Assembly: GCA_934457145.1 (NCBI GenBank)
Contig: CAKSHP010000007.1
Location: 5,162 to 69,161, forward strand
Origin: an uncultured Clostridia bacterium
Lineage (GTDB): Bacteria; Bacillota; Clostridia; UBA1381; UMGS1253
Direction of reading: 5' to 3'
DNA length: 64,000 bases
Position numbers and translations under genes: made by a program. The notes under the pieces are model-generated. The model saw only the letters and a program-made list of their open reading frames with translations. It was not told the origin of the DNA and searched no databases. This document shows positions 19,879 through 28,342 of this stretch, piece after piece (the stretch's first letter is position 1; each line of letters opens with the position of its first letter).

Positions 19879-21216
19879 CTAAATATCATTTTTTTCTTTG
19901 TATTTTATTGCAAAACTTTTAAGTTTTTCATTTTCGTTTTCGCATCTTTTTTCTATAACCGCATTTAATAAATAATTAAGCAAGTGCCCCGTCTGCTTTC
20001 CCGTAAAGCCAAGCTCTATTGCATCTCCGCCCTTAAAATCAAGCATCTTTAAATTATAGCATAGATTTTTTTCGATAACTTCATCTAAAATCTTGTCAAT
20101 TTCATCAATCTGTGCACACCTTTGCAGCGCATAGCTTTTCTCATGTGCGGCAGCGTCTGCTCTTTTTACCTCCAGAAGGTCTTTTAAATTTTCGCTGCCG
20201 ATTCTTCTCAGCCAGCGCAGCACGCTTTTTTCATTTGCAAAAATTCTTCCGTCGTGATAATTGACAAGCATTGCCGTTTTCTTTATCGTTTTATTATCAA
20301 AGCGCAGCCTTGTAAGAACCTTTGTGCAAATATTTGCCCCAATCTTCTGATGCGCATAAAAATGCCCTCTGCCCTTTTGGTCAAGTGTAAAACAATAAGG
20401 CTTTCCGATATCGTGAAACAGCATACAAAGCCGTATGCAAAGTTTCGGCTTTGCATACTCCACCGCTTTCAACGTATGAATAAACACATCATATATATGT
20501 GCTTCATTGTAAGGCAAAACGCCTTTCGTTTTTTCTATCTCCGGTATAAAAACCGCAAACACTTCGGAATACCTTTCAATAATTTTTGCCGCGTCTTTTG
20601 AAACTATAAGTTTTGAAAACTCTTCGCGTATTCTTTCCTGAGATATATTTTTTAAAAGCTTTTTCTTTTTTAAAATTGCCTTTTCTGTCTGTTTTTCTAT
20701 TTTGAATCCCAAAACAGCCGCAAACCTCAGCGCTCTTAAAATCCGAAGCGCGTCTTCTTCAAAACGCTCTTCCGCCTCTCCGACGCACCTTATTATTTTG
20801 CTTTCCAAATCCGCTCTGCCGCCGAAAAAATCGCAAAGTCCGTCTTTTTCGTTATATGCCATTGCATTTATCGTAAAGTCTCTGCGGCAAAGATCATCTT
20901 TAAGACTGTTTGTAAAGCTAACGTCTTTCGGGTGTCTGTTATCTTCATATTCTCCGTCAATCCGATAAGTTGTTATTTCTATAATATTTTTATTTGTAAC
21001 AACGCTCACGGTTCCGTGTTTGATTCCCGTTTCAATAACCTTAAAACCTTTAAAACACTTTTTAATCTGCTCCGGCAGCGCCGACGTTGTCACATCATAA
21101 TCATGCGGATTTTTTAAAAGCAGCGCATCTCTCACGCATCCGCCGACGGCATATGCCTCAAACCCGTTTTCGCAAAGCGTATCTATAGCCATTTTAACAT
21201 AGTCCGGCAAATACAA
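19879..21216 (-). CDS. cca: CCA-adding tRNA nucleotidyltransferase with HD domain
   Basis: 445 aa; GGCVRDALL..DYDVTT polymerase-beta motif, RDFTINA, and the HD motif LFHDIGKP. Confidence 0.85.
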   Translation of the reverse strand: MYLPDYVKMAIDTLCENGFEAYAVGGCVRDALLLKNPHDYDVTTSALPEQIKKCFKGFKVIETGIKHGTVSVVTNKNIIEITTYRIDGEYEDNRHPKDVSFTNSLKDDLCRRDFTINAMAYNEKDGLCDFFGGRADLESKIIRCVGEAEERFEEDALRILRALRFAAVLGFKIEKQTEKAILKKKKLLKNISQERIREEFSKLIVSKDAAKIIERYSEVFAVFIPEIEKTKGVLPYNEAHIYDVFIHTLKAVEYAKPKLCIRLCMLFHDIGKPYCFTLDQKGRGHFYAHQKIGANICTKVLTRLRFDNKTIKKTAMLVNYHDGRIFANEKSVLRWLRRIGSENLKDLLEVKRADAAAHEKSYALQRCAQIDEIDKILDEVIEKNLCYNLKMLDFKGGDAIELGFTGKQTGHLLNYLLNAVIEKRCENENEKLKSFAIKYKEKNDI

Positions 21217-21321
21217 ATTAAATTCCTCTTTTCATACCTATCTATTATAAGTATACCTTAAACCGCCATATATTGCAAGAACAATTTGTTCTTTTCCCCA
21301 TTTTTTCGGAAATAAAAAAAT

Positions 21322-21366
21322 AAACAAGGGCAAAATGTATATTTTTTTCATTTTGCCCCTGTTTAT
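21322..21366 (-). terminator. Intrinsic terminator after the HTH-desulfoferrodoxin gene
   Basis: AACAGGGGCAAAATG-N-CATTTTGCCCCTTGTT hairpin with flanking T/A runs. Confidence 0.6.
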
Positions 21367-21945
21367 TTAAACGTTTTTATAAAAAAGTCCGTGCTCTATA
21401 CACATATAAAACAGCGTTCCGCGTGCAAAATACGGCAAACGAAACGTCATATCTTGTTCGGGATAAAGTTTTTTAACAACCGCGCAGTCGCCTGTAACAA
21501 ATGCCGCAAAGCAAATATAATGCTCTTTTGTCATTTCGTGTACCGATTCAATAAGATATTCGTTTGCGTCTTTTAAAACTAAAACGCTGTGCTCATCATC
21601 TTCAGGCTTTGCCTCAAGCGCACAAAGCTTTTCCGCGCAGCAGCTGATGTTTGCCTCTCCTATCTGCCAAATAATATTTTTACACACCGGACACATATAA
21701 AACCTGACATTTTTAAGATTTCCGTTAACGTATTTATTCGTTTTCATACTTCCGCTTATAAGGCTCTGTGCGTCAATGCCGAGCGTGTCTGCTATTAGCG
21801 GCAGCATTTTCGTGTCCGGAATTCCCGCTCCCGTCTCCCATTTTGAAACTGTTTTGTCGCTGACAAACAGCCTGTTTGCAAGCTCAAGCTGCGTCATGTT
21901 TTTATCTGTTCTCTTTTTTCGTATCAAAGCGCCTATGTTTTCCAT
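21367..21945 (-). CDS. XRE-family HTH domain fused to a complete 2Fe desulfoferrodoxin (superoxide reductase-like) module
   Basis: The N-terminus IGALIRKKRTDKNMTQLELANRLFVSDKTVSKWETG is an HTH_3. It is followed by a desulforedoxin-like CPVC-x15-CC, then DEHS, VHEM, KEHY and CIEHG, which correspond to the four His plus Cys ligands of SOR centre II. Confidence 0.75.
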   Translation of the reverse strand: MENIGALIRKKRTDKNMTQLELANRLFVSDKTVSKWETGAGIPDTKMLPLIADTLGIDAQSLISGSMKTNKYVNGNLKNVRFYMCPVCKNIIWQIGEANISCCAEKLCALEAKPEDDEHSVLVLKDANEYLIESVHEMTKEHYICFAAFVTGDCAVVKKLYPEQDMTFRLPYFARGTLFYMCIEHGLFYKNV

Positions 21946-22040
21946 TTGTGATTTCTCCTTTCGTATTCATTATACACCACACGCACCGCTTTGTAAATCA
22001 ACGTATCGCAGAGTTTCGTTCAGACACCGGCTATAGATTA

Positions 22041-22069
22041 TTGACAAGCAAAATGTAATATGATATTAT
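22041..22069 (+). promoter_or_regulatory. Sigma-A promoter for the heparinase-like gene
   Basis: TTGACA, a 17-nt spacer, then TATTAT. An imperfect inverted repeat ATGATAT-N13-ATATCAT (22060-22086) overlaps the -10. Confidence 0.5.
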
Positions 22070-22103
22070 TTTTACATAAATATCATGCAAGCGGGGATAA
22101 AAA

Positions 22104-23774
22104 ATGTATAATAATTTTTCTAAAACACTTCCTAAAAATTCACACACCGAAAAGCTTATTAAAAACGTTAAAACAGCTGCCGTCTCTTATCTTAATTCAC
22201 CCATACAATCCCTTAAATATTCCGTATATGCAAACAACCTTAAAACCGGCGAAAGATTAGCATACGAGCAAATATATATAGAACACAGAAAGCGTCTGAA
22301 TGTCTTTTTAATAATGGCTCTCTACTCGCCCGACGAAATCTATATAAAAGAACTTTGCGATATTCTTTGGGCAATATGCGACGAATTCACATGGTGTTTG
22401 CCTGCACACACATATGTTGTGCAAGGTAAAAAAACTATCTCTGATTTTGAAACGGCAATCGACCTTTTTGCCGCAGAAACTGCATTTTATTTAAGCGAAA
22501 CAGTTTATCTTGTAAAAGACAGAATTGATTCTATGGTGCACAACAGAGTAAAAAGCGAAGTAGAAAGGCGTATTATAAATCCATATTTGTCAGAAAATTT
22601 AACATGGGCAAAAAACAATTGGTCGGGCGTCTGCGCTTCATCTATAGGCATTTCAATGATTTATTTTAAAATGCATGATGAATTCGAAAAAGCAAAGCCG
22701 AAACTTTTAAAATCAATCGACGATTTTTTAGAAAGCTATGACAATGACGGCTGCTGCAAGGAAGGCGCGCTCTATTGGGTATACGGCTTCGGATTTTTTT
22801 GCTATTTTGCCGAGCTTTTAAACGAATACACAAACGGCAAAACAAATTATTTTAATTTAAAAAAAGTTAAAAACATTGCGCATTTCGGAGAAAACATCTT
22901 TTTAAAAAATAATCACACCATTCCCTTTTCGGACGCACCCCACGAGCTTAATTACAATATAGGTCTGTTCACACTGCTTAGCAAAAAATATGGCACGCAT
23001 CTGCCGTCCTTTGACAACGAAAGTCTTTTCGGAGATGATGTAAGATACAGAATGTGCCACATGATACGCGACTTTTTTTGGTACGACGAAAGTCTGCCCG
23101 CAAGCCGTGATAAAACCGGATTTTTTTGCTACCTCGATGCAATGTGGTATATAAATAAAAAAGAAAATTACTCATTTGCCGCAAAGGGCGGAAACAACAA
23201 CGAACCTCATAATCACAACGACCTCGGTTCATTCATTTTATATGACAACGGCAAATATATAATAGACGACTTAGGCTGGCCCGTCTATGAAAAAGACTAT
23301 TTCAGCCCCGATGTCCGCTATGAAAATCTATGCGCCTCCTCACTTGGGCACAGTGTGTTTTCGTTTGATAATAAAGAACAAATCACAGGTGATGCAGGCT
23401 ATGCGGTGTTGCTTGAAGCAACCGAAAACTGTTTTGCGCTTGACCTGTCTGCTGCATACGAACCAAATAAAAAAATCACCCGAAAATTTCAGCTTTCAAA
23501 TAAAGAAATAAAAATAACCGATTTGCTGCCTTTCAAAGCAGCCGAAAGATTTGTTACAAGGCTAAAGCCTCAAATATTAAACTCAAGCACCGTAAAAATT
23601 GAAAATTGGCACATTAGCTGCAATGTCCCGTGTAAAATAGAAATTCAAGAAAAATTCTTTCATCCGAGAAACACAATTGTAAAAAGCTCCATGAAAGATA
23701 CCGAACGGGCATATTTAATCGACTTTATACCTATCAAATATAACGAAAACACAGAAATTCTGATATCAAAATAA
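22104..23774 (+). CDS. Heparinase II/III-like family protein (polysaccharide-lyase-like, cytoplasmic)
   Basis: 556 aa. NNEPHNHNDLGSFILYDNGKYIIDDLG matches the heparinase II/III C-terminal H-x-H-x-D-x-G-S-F signature. No signal peptide. Confidence 0.65.
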   Translation: MYNNFSKTLPKNSHTEKLIKNVKTAAVSYLNSPIQSLKYSVYANNLKTGERLAYEQIYIEHRKRLNVFLIMALYSPDEIYIKELCDILWAICDEFTWCLPAHTYVVQGKKTISDFETAIDLFAAETAFYLSETVYLVKDRIDSMVHNRVKSEVERRIINPYLSENLTWAKNNWSGVCASSIGISMIYFKMHDEFEKAKPKLLKSIDDFLESYDNDGCCKEGALYWVYGFGFFCYFAELLNEYTNGKTNYFNLKKVKNIAHFGENIFLKNNHTIPFSDAPHELNYNIGLFTLLSKKYGTHLPSFDNESLFGDDVRYRMCHMIRDFFWYDESLPASRDKTGFFCYLDAMWYINKKENYSFAAKGGNNNEPHNHNDLGSFILYDNGKYIIDDLGWPVYEKDYFSPDVRYENLCASSLGHSVFSFDNKEQITGDAGYAVLLEATENCFALDLSAAYEPNKKITRKFQLSNKEIKITDLLPFKAAERFVTRLKPQILNSSTVKIENWHISCNVPCKIEIQEKFFHPRNTIVKSSMKDTERAYLIDFIPIKYNENTEILISK

Positions 23775-23824
23775 TCTGCCGGAGCGGCTTAAAACTCCCT
23801 CAAAAAAGGGGTTTTAAAGCCGCT

Positions 23825-25264
23825 TTATTCTTCAGGCTTTAAAACATATTTTTTCATTGCCCCGTGTCCGCAAAATATCTTCCATTCCCCCGCACCGAGC
23901 CGCGAGAAAAGCGCTTTTCTTTCCTGTGCACAAAGCTTCGGATCCGTGTCCACCGAAGTCATCAATATAGGCGCATAACGGTTATATTCAGCCTGCTTTT
24001 CCGTCATGTCTTTAATATTTACAAATATGTCTCCGCTGAAAACTATGCGGTTTTCATAATCAATCAAAACCGACTCTCCGAAAAGATGTCCGCCCATTCC
24101 CTGATAAAGCTCAAAATGCAAATTGCCGAAATCAAAAAATCCCGTCCGCTCCAAAACCTCTTTGCCGCTGCCGCTTTTACCGACCGTCTTAATCTTTTTC
24201 GGATCAACCGGTTTGTATGAAGTCAGTATTTTGCAAATCTGAATGTATGGCTTATGCAGAGAATTTTTTTCGCGAAAACCGCCGCCCGTTTCATATTCCA
24301 TCTTCAAACACTTTGCCGACTCCTCACTTGCATAAACCGTGTCAAAATAAGGCAAAAGTCCGCAGTGGTCAACGTCTGCATGAGTTATAAAAACCTCTTT
24401 TTTCATATTCTCAAATTCCGGTATAAGCTTTGAAAACAGCTTTTTCATTTCATCCGCGCAATATGCATACCCCGTGTCAACAAACAAACATTTCCCCTCG
24501 CTCAAAATTATCGCACAGTTGCTTCCGCATGGAGGCTCAATTAAAATAACTCCCGTTTCTTCATTGATTTCGTGCATAGAAATTCTCGGTAAATAGTTTT
24601 TCCCTCTTGCCTGCGCCAAAAGCTTGCAAAAGCGGCTTATGCTGTCAAATGTGCGATACGGCGACACATCCGAGTCATCAAGCTGCTGCATCAAAAGATT
24701 TGTGTTCACCATAAGCGCCTCGCGCGAATCGCTTGAAATCTGCATAAGCGACGCAAGCTCATCAACGAAATGTATATAAAAAATACTGTTGTCATAAATT
24801 TTGTCCGCATGATTATAGTCTATAACCCGAACTTCGCAAAGCTTTTTTACCTCTTTTAAAAATTCATCAATTTTTTGCGCATCGTTTACCACAACACCCA
24901 TTTTAAAATACTGATAGTCCGAACCGTTCTCCTGTGAATTTATATAAGAAATATTAAAACTGAATTTGCTTATCAAATCCAGAATATCCGTAACGCTCCC
25001 CGGAATATCGCGGATTTTAAACTCCATAAGTATAACATTTTTTGCATTTTCGCCGCACCCCGTATACCCTATCTGTTCAAGCTTTTTTGCCGCCGCGTCA
25101 AGCTGTTCTTTTGTGCCCTTTGCATCTATAAAAAGCATATGCGAATCAACTGCCTTGTTATAGCTGACTCTCGTTATATTTACGCCAAACTCCGCAAAAC
25201 AGCGGCTCGCCTTTAAAAATGCACCTATGTGATTCGGCATAACCGTAACAAATGTTTTCTTCAT
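23825..25264 (-). CDS. Tandem ACT domains fused to an MBL-fold metallo-hydrolase
   Basis: Two ACT-like beta-alpha-beta-beta-alpha-beta segments at the N-terminus. VFITHADVDHCG is the HxHxDH-type metal motif. Start moved to the ATG at 25264, behind GGGGGAAG. Confidence 0.65.
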   Translation of the reverse strand: MKKTFVTVMPNHIGAFLKASRCFAEFGVNITRVSYNKAVDSHMLFIDAKGTKEQLDAAAKKLEQIGYTGCGENAKNVILMEFKIRDIPGSVTDILDLISKFSFNISYINSQENGSDYQYFKMGVVVNDAQKIDEFLKEVKKLCEVRVIDYNHADKIYDNSIFYIHFVDELASLMQISSDSREALMVNTNLLMQQLDDSDVSPYRTFDSISRFCKLLAQARGKNYLPRISMHEINEETGVILIEPPCGSNCAIILSEGKCLFVDTGYAYCADEMKKLFSKLIPEFENMKKEVFITHADVDHCGLLPYFDTVYASEESAKCLKMEYETGGGFREKNSLHKPYIQICKILTSYKPVDPKKIKTVGKSGSGKEVLERTGFFDFGNLHFELYQGMGGHLFGESVLIDYENRIVFSGDIFVNIKDMTEKQAEYNRYAPILMTSVDTDPKLCAQERKALFSRLGAGEWKIFCGHGAMKKYVLKPEE

Positions 25265-25350
25265 TAAAACTTCCCCCATGCTCCGCTTTGTTTTATTTTT
25301 TGCCTTATTATACTACAATCTTTTCACATTTTCAATACTGAGCCTTTCTT

Positions 25351-25797
25351 TTGGCAAAAAACAACAAAATAGGCTGGAAAAAAGGCATATATCCGTCAGA
25401 TACGCTTATCATGTCTGCCCTTGAAAACGGCGAATTATATACCTTAACCGATAACGGCGCAATCGCCGGATGCGTTATTTTAAATTCCTCATGCAATGAA
25501 GAATATAAAAACGTTTGCTGGAAAACAAACTTTTCTTCAAACGAAATTTTAGTTTTGCACGCCCTTGCCGTAGCATATAAATATCAGGGAAGCGGCAGCG
25601 GCAAAAAGCTGGTGTCTGAAATAATAAACTTTGCCCGTTTAGCCGGAAAAAAGGCGCTGCGTCTTGATATCCTTGCTAAAAACGCTGCCGCCCGCCGTTT
25701 ATACACCGGCGCCGGTTTTTGCTTTGTTCAGGCAAAAGATATGTTTTATGAAGACACCGGCACCACAAAATACGAATTATATGAACTTGTTTTGTAA
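25351..25797 (+). CDS. GNAT family N-acetyltransferase (TTG start; N-terminus looks short)
   Basis: YQGSGSGKKLVSEIINFA is acetyl-CoA motif A (Q/RxxGxG/A). A TGA lies only 4 codons upstream of the TTG. Confidence 0.65.
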   Translation: MAKNNKIGWKKGIYPSDTLIMSALENGELYTLTDNGAIAGCVILNSSCNEEYKNVCWKTNFSSNEILVLHALAVAYKYQGSGSGKKLVSEIINFARLAGKKALRLDILAKNAAARRLYTGAGFCFVQAKDMFYEDTGTTKYELYELVL

Positions 25798-25846
25798 TTT
25801 CTATATAAAAAATCCGGCAAAGTAAAAACAACCTTGCCGGATAATT

Positions 25847-27262
25847 TTATTTATAAATCCTGTCTATTACCGTAATCTTATTGTCTTTTGAAATATAAAG
25901 CTTATACGTCAGTTCATGTATCGCCGACTCTTCACTTTCAAAGCTTCGGCGATATCTTAAAGAAAGCACCGCATTTCCGGATCCGATTCCCTTTACCGAA
26001 AATCTGCACTTTCCTCCTCTGCCGACAATTTCTTCTCCTGCATCATCTGCCACATATTCGCTTTTAACTTCGATTTTGCTGCTGTCCGTCTGATAAACTT
26101 CCCAGTTATATCCCGTTGTCGGATTGGCTTCTATCTCAAAATTAAACTCTTCCATATCAGCTTCCGATAAATCCAGTTTCACAGCGCCGTCAGAGCCTGT
26201 ATACAAAATCTCGGTTTGCGGTCTGCCTAAAGCATAAGGTCCTGCCTGATACTGATTAAAATACATAACAAGCGAATCGTCCGTCAGATACCAGTTCACA
26301 TTTTCAGCCTCTTTAGCCACATTTTCTTTAATCTCTTGCGTGATTTCGATTTTGTCTGCTTCAAACTGCGCATAAAACGCATCGGCCACGTTTTTTTCAA
26401 TATCATCTTTATCAAAAACATCCTCTAAAGAAAGCTCTTTACACAAAATCATCTGAAATGTTTTAGACTCTAACATCTGCGTCGGATGCGCACCGCTTGC
26501 ATTTTCATAGTCATATGTTGTAATCGAAAGCAAATCTTTTCTGTTCGTTGTCACTTCATATGACAAAGAAAAATTCATAGGTCTGTATTCATCTTTCATT
26601 TCGCCGTACATTAATTTTGCATCCTTCGCAAATTCGTCGGTTATTTTTTTTATATAGTCCTCGGCCTGTGTGCGGTAGCTTTCATTTACCGTTTCAATAA
26701 AAGATGAGTTAAGCTCGCTTCCGCCCTGAATTATAGGGTAACTGCAACTTATATACATAAGGTCTGTTCCGTTATCAAGCGTATATGTACTATCCAGATT
26801 TCCGCTCTTTATCTCATATTGACCGCTCTTTTTTGAAATCTCCGCCGTTTTCGTGTCACTATTCCAAGCAACATCGCAGTTCAATCCTTCCGACACCGCT
26901 CTTAACGGCACCAATGTACGGTTATTTTCAATTTTTGCAGCAGCGTCTAAATCAATCTGTTTTCCGCCGACAAACATCTCTTTTTCGCCTATCGCCAAAA
27001 TAACGGAGTTATCGCCTTTATCTGCACAAACATACCCTTTCCCGTCATAACGCTGATACGATACCGCGCAGCCCAACGCCTCAAAAATCGCCCTTATCGG
27101 AACCAAAATCCTATCGTTTTCGATAACCGGGGAAACATCAAAATCTATTTTTTCGCCGTTTAATGTCACTTTTATGCCACTGTCTTTCATATCATCTGCC
27201 ATTCCCGGCGCCGACGCTGCAAGCATACCTATGCTAAGTAAAACACAAATAAACTTTTTCAT
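25847..27262 (-). CDS. Secreted fusion protein: 2x copper-amine-oxidase-N-like repeats + DUF4163/DUF3298 (RsiV-like) + chagasin-type (I42) inhibitor domain
   Basis: Signal peptide KKFICVLLSIGMLAASA. DRILVPIRAIFEALGC and NRTLVPLRAVSEGLNC repeats. ENASGAHP motif. C-terminal ANPTTGYNWE plus GRGG, as in chagasin/ICP. Confidence 0.6.
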   Translation of the reverse strand: MKKFICVLLSIGMLAASAPGMADDMKDSGIKVTLNGEKIDFDVSPVIENDRILVPIRAIFEALGCAVSYQRYDGKGYVCADKGDNSVILAIGEKEMFVGGKQIDLDAAAKIENNRTLVPLRAVSEGLNCDVAWNSDTKTAEISKKSGQYEIKSGNLDSTYTLDNGTDLMYISCSYPIIQGGSELNSSFIETVNESYRTQAEDYIKKITDEFAKDAKLMYGEMKDEYRPMNFSLSYEVTTNRKDLLSITTYDYENASGAHPTQMLESKTFQMILCKELSLEDVFDKDDIEKNVADAFYAQFEADKIEITQEIKENVAKEAENVNWYLTDDSLVMYFNQYQAGPYALGRPQTEILYTGSDGAVKLDLSEADMEEFNFEIEANPTTGYNWEVYQTDSSKIEVKSEYVADDAGEEIVGRGGKCRFSVKGIGSGNAVLSLRYRRSFESEESAIHELTYKLYISKDNKITVIDRIYK

Positions 27263-27289
27263 AAACATCAAACCTTTCAAAAAAATATT

Positions 27290-27955
27290 TTACAGTGCCT
27301 TTAAAAATGCGGCAAGCCTTTTTGCAATCTTAACGTGCCCGTCATCATTCGGATGAAGTCCGTCGGGAGCATATTTTTCCTTTATAAATTCAACATTCGG
27401 CTGAATACCGCTTACGGAATATAAATCCAGAATCGGCAAAGCATAATACTTTGCAACCTCTTTTATTATGTCAACATATGTTTCAAGTTTTGCAACATTG
27501 TATGCTTTTTCGCAATCGCCGCGCATATTGTTTTCATCAACTCTGTGCAAAGGCGTCATAACAACAATCTCAGCTTTCGGATATTTTTTTATAAGCTTTT
27601 CAAAAAGCACATGACACGCTCCGTAAAAAGTGTTGTCACATCTGTCGTCAAAAGTTCCTAAAGGTGCGTCGCCGTGGCCGTAATCGTTTGTTCCTCCAAA
27701 CACAACCACAACGTCTGCATCGTCTTCCATTTCATCGGCTCTGCGGCAAAAATCAAGGTCAAATCTCGGCTCTGCCGAGGGCTTTGTCTGCCTTGCGATG
27801 CGAGTTCCGCTTATGCCGTAATTTCGCGCACACGAAAGATTGTATTTTTCTTTTATCAAATTAAGATAAATTTTATCCTCGCTGCTTGTTCCGTGTCCTT
27901 CTGTAATGCTGTCGCCCAAAAAGTTAATCTTCTTTCCTGCAAGTTCCATTGTCAT
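27290..27955 (-). CDS. SGNH/GDSL-type hydrolase
   Basis: FLGDSITEG (block I), GGTND (block III), DGLHPN (block V). Confidence 0.8.
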   Translation of the reverse strand: MTMELAGKKINFLGDSITEGHGTSSEDKIYLNLIKEKYNLSCARNYGISGTRIARQTKPSAEPRFDLDFCRRADEMEDDADVVVVFGGTNDYGHGDAPLGTFDDRCDNTFYGACHVLFEKLIKKYPKAEIVVMTPLHRVDENNMRGDCEKAYNVAKLETYVDIIKEVAKYYALPILDLYSVSGIQPNVEFIKEKYAPDGLHPNDDGHVKIAKRLAAFLKAL

Positions 27956-27969
27956 CTTCCTCCGAAAGC

Positions 27970-28275
27970 TTAGTTATTTGCATATGAAAGTGCGTCTTCA
28001 AGCCAAAACACTCCGATATCGAGCGCCGACCACAAATTATCCCTCTGCGCTTTTTTTATCGGCTTGTTTTTAATGTTCATATATGAATCGTTTTGTTGCA
28101 GCGAAATAACAACTTTTCCCGCAACATCTATGTTTCCGACTTTCTTAAAATCGCTTAGTATAAAAGAAACAATATATTTGTCCCCGGGGTTTCCGTAAAA
28201 AATGTAATCCCCCTGTCTGACCAAAGGTTTATCTTTGTAAATAAAAAGTTTGCTCTTTTCCTGTTTAGCTGCCAT
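27970..28275 (-). CDS. Hypothetical protein (101 aa)
   Basis: Clean ORF tightly packed between nagA and the SGNH hydrolase gene. No motif recognised. Confidence 0.45.
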   Translation of the reverse strand: MAAKQEKSKLFIYKDKPLVRQGDYIFYGNPGDKYIVSFILSDFKKVGNIDVAGKVVISLQQNDSYMNIKNKPIKKAQRDNLWSALDIGVFWLEDALSYANN

Positions 28276-28342
28276 AACAACTCTCCGTTCCGCCGTCCTG
28301 CTTCGGCTTTTATTTTTTTGCAGGTTTAATTTATCTTATAAC

